A DNA stretch of 32,000 nucleotides, from contig CAZXEQ010000001.1 in assembly GCA_964640155.1 (NCBI GenBank), forward strand, positions 171,256 to 203,255, read 5' to 3'. Source of the DNA: an uncultured bacterium (GTDB taxonomy: Bacteria; Auribacterota; JACPWU01). A program made the position numbers and the translations under genes. The notes below the pieces were generated by a model. The model worked only from the letters and a program-made list of their open reading frames with translations, had not been told where the DNA came from and did no database searches. Below, one piece after another: positions 8,657 through 16,678 of this stretch (the stretch's first letter is position 1; the number at the start of each line of letters is the position of its first letter).

Positions 8657-9886
8657 TTAAGAAATCACTTTTACTTTCTGCCCATCTTGCAAATTTTTAG
8701 GAGGATTGATGACCAATTGTTCACCAGGCAAAACCCCAGCTATAATTTCTAAATCTGTACCACTGATGCCACCGGTTTTAACAGCTCTTTTTTCAATTTT
8801 TCCATCCTTTAGGATAAAAACAATTTTTTTGCCGTCTTGCTCAGATAAAGTATCTTGAGAAATCAAAGCCCTCACTTCATTTTGTTTGTCAGAAGTTTGT
8901 TCGCTTAAAAAAGAAACTTTCACTCCCATATCTGGAAGAATCTTTGGATCTAAAGCATCTAAAGCAATACGAACTTTCACCGTTGCCTTTTGTCGATCTG
9001 CTGTGGGGATCACTGTTCTCACTTTTCCAGGCATATGCCAATTGGGATAGGCATCTAACGTCGCTTCTACAGGCTGGCCAATAGCAACCTTTGCAATATA
9101 AGATTCACTCACATCCACTTCTATTTCTAAAGAAGACATATCCACAATCGTTGCAATGCCTGTTCGCGTAAAGCTTCCACCCGCTGACATAGGAGACACA
9201 ATTTCCCCCACTTGAGCATCTTTAGAAACAGCAATTCCTGAAAACGGAGCACGCACAATACAGTTTTCAATCTCGCGCTGAGCTACTTTCAGTTTTGCCT
9301 CTGCAGAACTTACTTGATTTTTAGCCAGCTCCAATCTTGCCTTCAGGCCATCTAATGTTGCTTGAGCTTTTTCTAAACTTTGAATATCTACAATTTTATC
9401 TTTTTCTAAAACCTTCATTCGTTTAAGGACACGATCTGCCTCTTCAAGATTTACTTCTAATTCTGGAATACTTGAAAGAACAACTTTACGTTCAGCCTCA
9501 GCAGCTGCATACGCAGCCTGAGCATCTGAATCATCGAGTCGAGCCAAAATCTGATCTTTTTCAACTTTCATCCCTTCTTCAACCAGCATTTCACCTACAC
9601 GCCCCGTGATCTTCGTTGCCAAAGTAGATCGCACCCGAGGCGTCACATACCCACTTGCACTCAAAACAGTTGATGCCCCTGTTCCAATAGGTGCTCGCGC
9701 AGTAGTCACTTTCACTTTTACGGTTGAACGACCCAATATCGAAATGAATATAAGAATGATGATAAAGCTTAATGCCCCCCAAAGAGCATATTTTTGGGTC
9801 TTTCGACTTTTGGGTTTGTATTTTGCCTCTGCATCAATTTTGAGAGCAGAAATACGTGTAGAAGAGGTATCTTTAACTTCTATCAT
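8657..9886 (-). CDS. HlyD-family periplasmic adaptor (membrane fusion protein)
   Basis: 409 aa. N-terminal TM anchor (YALWGALSFIIILIFISILG), lipoyl-like hairpin, long coiled coil (AYAAAEAERK...AKLKVAQREIE) and beta-barrel C-terminus. Confidence 0.9.
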   Translation of the reverse strand: MIEVKDTSSTRISALKIDAEAKYKPKSRKTQKYALWGALSFIIILIFISILGRSTVKVKVTTARAPIGTGASTVLSASGYVTPRVRSTLATKITGRVGEMLVEEGMKVEKDQILARLDDSDAQAAYAAAEAERKVVLSSIPELEVNLEEADRVLKRMKVLEKDKIVDIQSLEKAQATLDGLKARLELAKNQVSSAEAKLKVAQREIENCIVRAPFSGIAVSKDAQVGEIVSPMSAGGSFTRTGIATIVDMSSLEIEVDVSESYIAKVAIGQPVEATLDAYPNWHMPGKVRTVIPTADRQKATVKVRIALDALDPKILPDMGVKVSFLSEQTSDKQNEVRALISQDTLSEQDGKKIVFILKDGKIEKRAVKTGGISGTDLEIIAGVLPGEQLVINPPKNLQDGQKVKVIS

Positions 9887-9942
9887 TTTGAATCCTTAAT
9901 GCTCAACCTATGTGTATAAGAAATGTGATTACCAGAGGAGAG

Positions 9943-9971
9943 ATTATACTGCTAAATGAGCACGGTTGCAA
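9943..9971 (-). promoter_or_regulatory. Sigma70-type promoter for the MFP-ABC-cyclase-thioredoxin operon
   Basis: Minus strand reads TTGCAA (9971-9966), a 17-nt spacer, then TATAAT (9948-9943), about 55 nt upstream of ATG 9886. Confidence 0.55.
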
Positions 9972-10025
9972 CGAAGAGAAAAACGGTAAAAACGAAGAAA
10001 GAAAGAAGATTTTTGCACTATAAAT

Positions 10026-10883
10026 CTATGAAATAGCTTTTAGGCTCTTGTTAAACTCTTTCGTAAAATTTCCTTCAAATACACTACTGACATCTCCTGT
10101 CATATGTACGCCATTATCAGAAATCTCAATATCAATCACACCGCCAGGCATATGAACCTGAATATTTTTATCAACCAAACCAAGTCGATAAGCAGCACTA
10201 GCCGCTGCGCAACTGCTACTTCCTGAAGCAAGTGTGTAACCTGCTCCCCTTTCCCAAATCTGGATTTCTATATTTTTACGATCTCTTACCTTTAAAAGTT
10301 GCATATTAATTCTTTTGGGAAAAGATGAATGCTTTTCAACATGAGGGCCCATTTCTTTTGCCAAGGATTCTGAAATTTCAGAGAGAGGAATAACACAATG
10401 GGGATTGCCAATCGAAAGGCAAGTCACCTTAAATGTTTTACCATTTATGTTTAATTCTTCGTTCACCACTTCACGAGCAGGACCTTTTATAGGGATTAGT
10501 TCACTTTGAAAAGTGACTTTCCCCATGCCTACCTTAATACGACTGGCTTCTTTATTCAAAATCTGAACATCCACATTCCCACCCAATGTTTTTAATTGAA
10601 ATTTTGTCTCTTTGACATACCCTGCTTCTATAAGATATCGAGAGAAAATTCGAATCCCATTGCCACTTTTCTCAGCTTCGCTTCCATCTGGATTAAAAAT
10701 CTTGAGTGATACCACCCCCTTTTCAAGAATAGGCCCATAAAGAATCCCATCGGACCCGACTCCAAAATTTCGATGACAAATGAGACGAATAACTTCCTCA
10801 TTTAATTTGATTTTTGTTTTCTGAGGATCTATCACAAGATAGTCATTACCCAACGCATGATATTTATAAAAATCAATGCTCAT
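10026..10883 (-). CDS. Diaminopimelate epimerase (DapF)-fold protein lacking both catalytic cysteines
   Basis: DapF motifs YHALGNDYLVID, IFNPDGSEAE-x-GNG, SIGNPHCV, WERGAGYT. Ser73 and Ser220 occupy the positions of catalytic Cys73/Cys217 of E. coli DapF. ATG 10883 overlaps the upstream antiporter gene by 11 nt. Confidence 0.8.
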   Translation of the reverse strand: MSIDFYKYHALGNDYLVIDPQKTKIKLNEEVIRLICHRNFGVGSDGILYGPILEKGVVSLKIFNPDGSEAEKSGNGIRIFSRYLIEAGYVKETKFQLKTLGGNVDVQILNKEASRIKVGMGKVTFQSELIPIKGPAREVVNEELNINGKTFKVTCLSIGNPHCVIPLSEISESLAKEMGPHVEKHSSFPKRINMQLLKVRDRKNIEIQIWERGAGYTLASGSSSCAAASAAYRLGLVDKNIQVHMPGGVIDIEISDNGVHMTGDVSSVFEGNFTKEFNKSLKAIS

Positions 10884-12552
10884 TTGTCTCTCCGCTCATC
10901 TGTTCTTTTTGAGTCACTTGTTCTAAAAAATTAGCCAAATATTCTCCTGCCATAATATATGGAAGTAGAACCTCATTGGCCCCTGCCACCTTTAATTTTT
11001 CGGCTTGTTCTGTCGAATCTGCCGTCGCAACAATCAACGCCTCTGAAGCCAAAGAACGACAGGCTCTGACAATACTAAGGTTATTGGTCCCTTTCAAAAG
11101 CATATCCGGAATAGTTGAAAGAATCACTTGAGCATGATTTAAATGTGCATGATCTAAAGTGTCCAGACTGCTGATATCGCCAAAAAGACCGTTAATTCCA
11201 AGCCGTTTTAATTCCTTCAAAACTTCTAAATTAAAATCAATCACCAAAACTTCTTCAAGCATTTGAGGATTTTTCTGAGCAATGATTTCGATCAAAGATC
11301 TTGCTCCTCGATGAAATCCAAGGATGATAATAGAATACACGTGTTCTCTTCCCTCTTCCTCATTTTCTATTTTGATTTTCCACCCTAGCTTACCCAACAT
11401 ACGCTGAAAAACCAAATAAAGCTCATGATTGTATTTAATAAAATAGGAAGTCAAAATGGATGTAAATGCCATGGTATAAATAAGCGTCGCCATCAAATCA
11501 GGATGAATATGCCCATAGCTCACTCCCAAAGAAGCAATCACAAGTGAAAATTCACTGATTTGAGCAAGATTCACACTCGAAATAAAACTTGTTCTTCGGC
11601 CAGCACCCGAAATCCTTAAAAGAGGATAAACACTTAAAAATCTTGATAAAATCACAAAAGCTACCAACATCAAACTTGTCATAATCATCGAGATTTGAGG
11701 CTCGACAATTTTCATTCCCAAAGAAACAAAAAAAAGCGTCATAAAAAAATCTCGTAAAGGAAGAGTCTTGGCCGTGACATGAATGCTATAGGGGAAAGTT
11801 GAAATAGAAATTCCCGCAATCAAAGCACCCATCTCTTTGGAAAGCCCTAGCGCCCCTGCCCCATAAGCCACAAGTGCGCACCAGCCAATGGAAACAGCCA
11901 CAACCATTTCAGGAGATTTTGCAATCCATTTGTAAACTTGGCTTAAGAAAAATTTACTAAAAAGAAAACCTGCTACAAGCAGAATAATACTTTTGAGAAT
12001 GGCCCATAAAAAAGGCCCCGCCGCAGGATGAGCAAAATTAGGTTGAATGGCTAAAACTAAAATCGCCCATAAATCCTGAATGATCAAAACCCCAAGGGTA
12101 ATGCGTCCTGGAAGCGTATCAAATTCGAATTTATCATAAAGCAGTTTGACTACAATGGCTGTACTACTCAAAGCACAAAGAATCGAAAGATAAAAGCCAT
12201 CAATATTGGATCCTCGAATTAAGAAACCCAACCATGGAAAAACAAGCAGACCCAACCCCACGCAAAGAATAAATTGCCCCACCCCTGTTACAAGCAATTG
12301 CTTCCCTGACGCAATCACTTTCTGAACATTGAGTTCCAGACCAATGATAAAAAGAAGGAGAATTAATCCAATCTCAGAAATGATTTCAATATTAATGGGA
12401 TCTGTAACAAGCTTGAAACCAATACTAGGCCCAATCAAAGCGCCTGCCAGTAAATATCCAAGAATAATCGGCTGACGCAAGCGATGCATGATCACACCTA
12501 AAAGTGTGGCTGCAATGATAGATAGACCTATGTTTTCAAGAAGACCGTGCAT
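10873..12552 (-). CDS. CPA2-family monovalent cation:proton antiporter (Kef-type) with C-terminal RCK/TrkA-N domain
   Basis: 559 aa. About 12 TM helices with typical Kef/CPA2 N-terminus (QPIILGYLLAGALIGPS). C-terminal Rossmann-like domain (IIILGFHRGARSLIEII...). Confidence 0.88.
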   Translation of the reverse strand: MHGLLENIGLSIIAATLLGVIMHRLRQPIILGYLLAGALIGPSIGFKLVTDPINIEIISEIGLILLLFIIGLELNVQKVIASGKQLLVTGVGQFILCVGLGLLVFPWLGFLIRGSNIDGFYLSILCALSSTAIVVKLLYDKFEFDTLPGRITLGVLIIQDLWAILVLAIQPNFAHPAAGPFLWAILKSIILLVAGFLFSKFFLSQVYKWIAKSPEMVVAVSIGWCALVAYGAGALGLSKEMGALIAGISISTFPYSIHVTAKTLPLRDFFMTLFFVSLGMKIVEPQISMIMTSLMLVAFVILSRFLSVYPLLRISGAGRRTSFISSVNLAQISEFSLVIASLGVSYGHIHPDLMATLIYTMAFTSILTSYFIKYNHELYLVFQRMLGKLGWKIKIENEEEGREHVYSIIILGFHRGARSLIEIIAQKNPQMLEEVLVIDFNLEVLKELKRLGINGLFGDISSLDTLDHAHLNHAQVILSTIPDMLLKGTNNLSIVRACRSLASEALIVATADSTEQAEKLKVAGANEVLLPYIMAGEYLANFLEQVTQKEQMSGETNEH

Positions 12553-12742
12553 TTAAAACTCCGTAAAATAACCCGAGTTATGCATAACACTTTTATTCCT
12601 GCCCATGCAAAGAGATTGCTGGCAAATACTAACCCAAGCGTTTTCTCTCCCAACAACACCCCTCTTTTTTACCTAAAAAATCACTAAATTGATAGTCGTA
12701 AACACAGACAAACATATAAGATTTATCCGCATCATCTATGAA

Positions 12743-13318
12743 TCACAAAGCTAAGGTCTTCTCAATACGACGATCTGGAACAAGCCAGATAATCGCTACC
12801 AAAACATATACCGCACAAGCAATCCATGCTTTCACAAAACAAAGAGGAATAGCTGCAGCATACAACATCAATGATATTTTCCCTTTAAAATCACTTCCCA
12901 GTGCAATTGCTAGAACAGAATCCTTTGTATGTATAGAAAGAAGGGCTCGCGTCAAAATGAAATACGCAATTGCAGAAAATAACAAGACCATTCCATACAA
13001 AGCTACTGGCCAGGATGCAAAATGATTTTCACCCATCCAAGCCGTAACAAAGGGAATAAGAGAAAGCCAAAACAGCAAATGTAAATTAGCCCAGAGAACA
13101 CGTCCATCCACATGTTTAACGGCTTGAAGCAAATGATGATGATTATTCCAATAAATGCCCAGAAAGATAAAACTCAAAATATAACTTAAAAACACAGGGA
13201 TCAATGGGTGCAATACTATTAAATCTGAGCCATGAGGCACTTTCAACTCAAGCACCATGATAGTAATAATAATTGCAACCACGCCATCACTAAAGGCTTC
13301 TAATCGGCTCTTTGTCAA
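12743..13318 (-). CDS. TMEM175-family (DUF1211) putative potassium channel
   Basis: 191 aa, six predicted TM helices. Family signature RxxxFSD in TM1 (SRLEAFSDGVVAIIITIMVLEL). TTG start at 13318. Confidence 0.8.
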   Translation of the reverse strand: MTKSRLEAFSDGVVAIIITIMVLELKVPHGSDLIVLHPLIPVFLSYILSFIFLGIYWNNHHHLLQAVKHVDGRVLWANLHLLFWLSLIPFVTAWMGENHFASWPVALYGMVLLFSAIAYFILTRALLSIHTKDSVLAIALGSDFKGKISLMLYAAAIPLCFVKAWIACAVYVLVAIIWLVPDRRIEKTLAL

Positions 13319-13370
13319 TATGAAGCTCCCTTCATTAGAAACAAATAGACGATATCTTCACAGATATTAT

Positions 13371-13814
13371 TCACGAACCAGCAATTTGATTAAATTTTTC
13401 ATCATAGTCGGATAAATAACATGTATTAATCCAAAATGTATAAATTTCTGGACCAAGCATTTTCCCCAATTGAGTTAATACATCCCCAATACAAATAATC
13501 CTCACTCCTGATTCATCGTTGGAAGAATTGATTTCTGTCTGTAATAGATTCTGGCAAACTTGCAGATGGAGAGAAATCCAACATTCAACAACTCTATCTT
13601 TACTACGAAAATGTAATTCTTTTAAACTTTTTAATTTTGGTTCAATTTCATCAACAACCTCTTGTTTTTTTTGCTGAATAGCACGATTTTTCTCTTCTTG
13701 ATCCTTAGGGATCCAACCACGCTCAATCGCTTCATCAATCATGCCGGCTTCAACTCGTGCACCTTCTAGTTGGCGACGTAAATTTTCTAACTCCCATATT
13801 TTTGAATTCATCAT
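13371..13814 (-). CDS. Hypothetical cytoplasmic protein, no recognisable domain
   Basis: 147-aa ORF co-oriented with its neighbours. N-terminal charged, coiled-coil-like half and Cys-containing C-terminal half. No motif recognised. Confidence 0.55.
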   Translation of the reverse strand: MMNSKIWELENLRRQLEGARVEAGMIDEAIERGWIPKDQEEKNRAIQQKKQEVVDEIEPKLKSLKELHFRSKDRVVECWISLHLQVCQNLLQTEINSSNDESGVRIICIGDVLTQLGKMLGPEIYTFWINTCYLSDYDEKFNQIAGS

Positions 13815-13874
13815 TTATATAGATTTATCTATGCTTAGTGGACTGAATATTCTCTAAACGCTTTTCTCTCAAAT

Positions 13875-14969
13875 TTAATTCTTATATTTTCCCCATTGAT
13901 AATTTTGGGACCAGTTTAAAAATTCATTCACACGCGTTTTATTTTCTTGTAACCATTTTTCAATTTCTGGTGTGTTTTGGTTTTGAGAAATGTAATAACA
14001 AAAGACATCAATATAATTCTTCTGCTTCATCTCAACAAAATACGGGACATAATAAGTACACGCAAACCCAGTTTGATCTTTTGTTTTCATTTCTAAAAAA
14101 AGAGAAAACAAATTATCGAATTGACAAATCATTTGCTGAATAGAATTTCTTTTTGAACCTTCTCCCTCCCCACATGTTAGAGCAGATGCTGATAGAGCTA
14201 GATTTAAAGCCGAAAAATCTCCTTCATCTGTCTTAGCAGATGGATCAAGCAATATCTGATTCGCATTCGCATTTTTCTCAACTCCGCTATGAATTAACTC
14301 ATAGGTCAAATCCAAACCTATGCCCGCACGATCTCCTTGAGGTTCTAAAACTAAAAAACGACTGATGGCTAGCAAAGCTGGAATTCGATAGCCTCCCTCT
14401 TTAAAAGCTTGGCACAATGCATAATGACTTGAAATATGATTGGGGTTGAGAGTTAAAGCCTTTTCAAAATTGTGACGCGCCTCGTCTATTTTATTTTGAT
14501 TAAACTGAGTAATCGCTAAGTTAAAATAAATCCCTGTATCTTTTGGAAAACGTTTTACACCTAATTGAAAAACTTTTTCTGCCTTTTCAGGCTCTCCTAA
14601 TTCATCAAAATTATTTCCAATAAGCGCATAATACATCGACAAATACTCTGATTGATATTGCGCCCCCTTCAATGCTATCTCTAAACTTTTTTTAAAGTTT
14701 TTTGCTGCAGAATAAGAATAGGCTAATTCATACAGTGCATAAACATTGTCTGGATTCTCTTTTAATATTTGCTCATATGTACGAATGGCACCTTCATAGT
14801 CTGCGCGATCATGAAGAGCAATTGCTTCCTGTATTAAGGCATCTTGTTTTTTTGTGGAAGGAGAAGGAAACCGTTTAGGAGAGTTAATAATATCCGCCGA
14901 CACATAAACTCCTGTTAAGAAAATTCCAGCTAAAACTGAAAGCTTTAAATAATTCACTCTATTTTTCAT
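13875..14969 (-). CDS. Secreted TPR-repeat protein with unassigned C-terminal domain
   Basis: Signal peptide MKNRVNYLKLSVLAGIFLTGVYVSA. Several TPR units (AIRTYEQILKENPDNVYALYELAYSY, ARHNFEKALTLNPNHISSHYAL). AAGGAGAG Shine-Dalgarno before ATG 14969. Confidence 0.8.
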   Translation of the reverse strand: MKNRVNYLKLSVLAGIFLTGVYVSADIINSPKRFPSPSTKKQDALIQEAIALHDRADYEGAIRTYEQILKENPDNVYALYELAYSYSAAKNFKKSLEIALKGAQYQSEYLSMYYALIGNNFDELGEPEKAEKVFQLGVKRFPKDTGIYFNLAITQFNQNKIDEARHNFEKALTLNPNHISSHYALCQAFKEGGYRIPALLAISRFLVLEPQGDRAGIGLDLTYELIHSGVEKNANANQILLDPSAKTDEGDFSALNLALSASALTCGEGEGSKRNSIQQMICQFDNLFSLFLEMKTKDQTGFACTYYVPYFVEMKQKNYIDVFCYYISQNQNTPEIEKWLQENKTRVNEFLNWSQNYQWGKYKN

Positions 14970-15037
14970 TTTGAATCTCTCCTTCTAACCATTTTTATGA
15001 ATTTTAAGATAAAATTTGTATTGTTCAGTATACACTA

Positions 15038-15112
15038 TCGGGGTGGGCGGATTCGAACCGCCGGCCTCCTAGTCCCGAACCAGGCGCTCTAGCCAGGCTG
15101 AGCCACACCCCG
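15038..15112 (-). tRNA. tRNA-Pro (anticodon CGG)
   Basis: Minus strand folds as a cloverleaf. Acceptor CGGGGTG/CACCCCG plus discriminator A, D-arm GCTC/GAGC, anticodon stem CCTGG/CTAGG with loop TTCGGGA (anticodon CGG), T-arm GGCGG-TTCGAAT-CCGCC. CCA is not encoded. Confidence 0.93.
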
Positions 15113-15127
15113 TCTATAAATATTTTT

Positions 15128-15799
15128 TTAATGCTTTAATCTATTGATTGCTACTTTGAACATCAATTTCAAAAAGCGTAAAGTATCTCGAAAAGGCCTT
15201 ATTTTACTCTTCTCATCCCCATAAATCGAGGCAATAGGGACTGAACAAATTCCCTTCGTATATCGAGCACTTTGAATCAAAATTTCAGATTCAATATCAA
15301 ATCTCTTAGACTCCAAATGTATTTTTTCAATAAGTTCTCGCTTGATCAAACGATATCCACATTGTGTGTCAGGAACTTCTACACCTACCAAGAGGGATAA
15401 AATCTTCGACATCACCCAATTGGTTGCAATACGAATTTTTGGCATATCTTTGGCTGCCCCCATTCGATTGCCCACAACCATGAGAATTTGAGAATTTTTT
15501 GCTGCTTCCACAAATTTTGAAATTTCTTTTGCATCATGTTGCCCATCCCCATCCATCAAAATTAAAGCATCCCATGACTTAGGAAGAAAAAATTCAAAAC
15601 CTGTTTGAATCGCAGAACCTTTGCCTTGATTCATTTTATGACGGATGACATGGGCTCCTGCTAATTTAGCCTCCTCGGCCGTTTTATCTTTAGATCCATC
15701 ATCTATCACAACTACATCCGCAATAGGCAAAACTTCAGCAATCACTTTCCCGATTCTTCCTTCTTCTTGATAAGCAGGAATAAGAATACACAGTTTCAT
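15128..15799 (-). CDS. Family 2 glycosyltransferase (DPM1/GpgS-like, soluble)
   Basis: 223 aa. ILIPAYQEE, VIDDGSKDKT and MDGDGQHD (DxD) motifs of GT-A family 2 enzymes. Confidence 0.85.
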   Translation of the reverse strand: MKLCILIPAYQEEGRIGKVIAEVLPIADVVVIDDGSKDKTAEEAKLAGAHVIRHKMNQGKGSAIQTGFEFFLPKSWDALILMDGDGQHDAKEISKFVEAAKNSQILMVVGNRMGAAKDMPKIRIATNWVMSKILSLLVGVEVPDTQCGYRLIKRELIEKIHLESKRFDIESEILIQSARYTKGICSVPIASIYGDEKSKIRPFRDTLRFLKLMFKVAINRLKH

Positions 15800-15835
15800 T
15801 AAACAATCCTTTGTCTTGAGTCTTTTACTTTTGCT

Positions 15836-15863
15836 GACAACTGATGACTAACGACTTACGACT
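15836..15863. repeat. Four tandem degenerate heptamers (nnnGACT)
   Basis: + strand reads GACAACT GATGACT AACGACT TACGACT, directly downstream of the LpxL-like TAG stop and upstream of the GT2 ATG. GATGACT also occurs (reverse orientation) in the obg-leader repeat. Confidence 0.6.
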
Positions 15864-15865
15864 AT

Positions 15866-16678
15866 CTACTTCCATATTTCTTCAAAACAAATCCATTGAG
15901 TGGGATCTCTCTCAATCATTTTTTCTAAAGCTTTTGCAATAGCATCGGCTAATTGATTTTCTGTTTTTCCTTCAGGTTCAATGACAGAGTCAAAAAATAA
16001 ACATCCCAAATTTTCCTCACGAATAAAAGCCCCAGGCACAATTGGAGCTTGAGCACGCCTAGCAAAAACAATAGGCCCTCGAGGAATTTTTGTTTTCTTT
16101 CCAAAAAGCTCAACATCAATTCCTGTCCCCAAAAAATCAATATCTCCTGCAATAGCAACAGTACGCCCCCTACGCAAAGCTTCTAAACAAGCATGGGTAG
16201 CATCTTGCTTCCAGGGAATTACTTCTAGCCCATTAATAGTCCTTTGATCTATAAAAAGTTGATTCAAAGAGGGATCAGGATGACTAAAAAAAACAGCACT
16301 TACAGGAATGTTTTGAATCACAGTTGCAAGAGCCGCTATTTCCCAATTACCCAGATGAGGGGTTACCGCAATCACTCCCTTGCCTTCAGCACTTGCTTTA
16401 AGGAGATTCTCTAATCCTTCATAGCGAATTGACTGAATAAACTTTTTCTTTTTTTCAAGAGAGCTCAAAAATTCTGCTAAATATTGCCCAAACGAAGCAA
16501 AAACTCCTCGAGCTTGTTTTCTCACATCTTGCTTTTGATAAACAACAGAAAGATTTCTAATCACATTGTTTCTTTTTTTAGAGCAGAAATAATATGAAAA
16601 ATTCCCTATCGTTTTGGAAAGCCAAATATTCCAAGACCAAGGCAACACCCGAAGTAAAACAGTCATAATCTTAAGCAT
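15866..16678 (-). CDS. LpxL/HtrB-family lysophospholipid or lipid A acyltransferase
   Basis: PHLGNWE catalytic motif and overall LpxL-like layout. The longest ORF (to 16756) would overlap the upstream gene by 86 nt. ATG 16678 or ATG 16666 around the upstream TAA (16671-16673) are more plausible starts. Confidence 0.8.
   Translation of the reverse strand: MLKIMTVLLRVLPWSWNIWLSKTIGNFSYYFCSKKRNNVIRNLSVVYQKQDVRKQARGVFASFGQYLAEFLSSLEKKKKFIQSIRYEGLENLLKASAEGKGVIAVTPHLGNWEIAALATVIQNIPVSAVFFSHPDPSLNQLFIDQRTINGLEVIPWKQDATHACLEALRRGRTVAIAGDIDFLGTGIDVELFGKKTKIPRGPIVFARRAQAPIVPGAFIREENLGCLFFDSVIEPEGKTENQLADAIAKALEKMIERDPTQWICFEEIWK

Noticed and set aside
5769-9899. ORFs 5769-6002(+), 7483-7668(+), 7808-8065(+), 9591-9782(-) and 9606-9899(+) overlapping the ABC/MFP genes
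   Set aside because: All are shadow ORFs opposite or out of frame with confidently identified transporter genes.
12553-12742. c-di-AMP (ydaO) or other riboswitch in the Kef leader
   Set aside because: I could not find the conserved ydaO core sequences or a convincing pseudo-symmetric fold by eye. It is retained only as a low-interest item needing an Rfam scan.
12738-13025. 95-aa + strand ORF antisense to the TMEM175-family gene
   Set aside because: The minus-strand frame carries the family signature and six TM helices. The + strand product has no features and no upstream signals.
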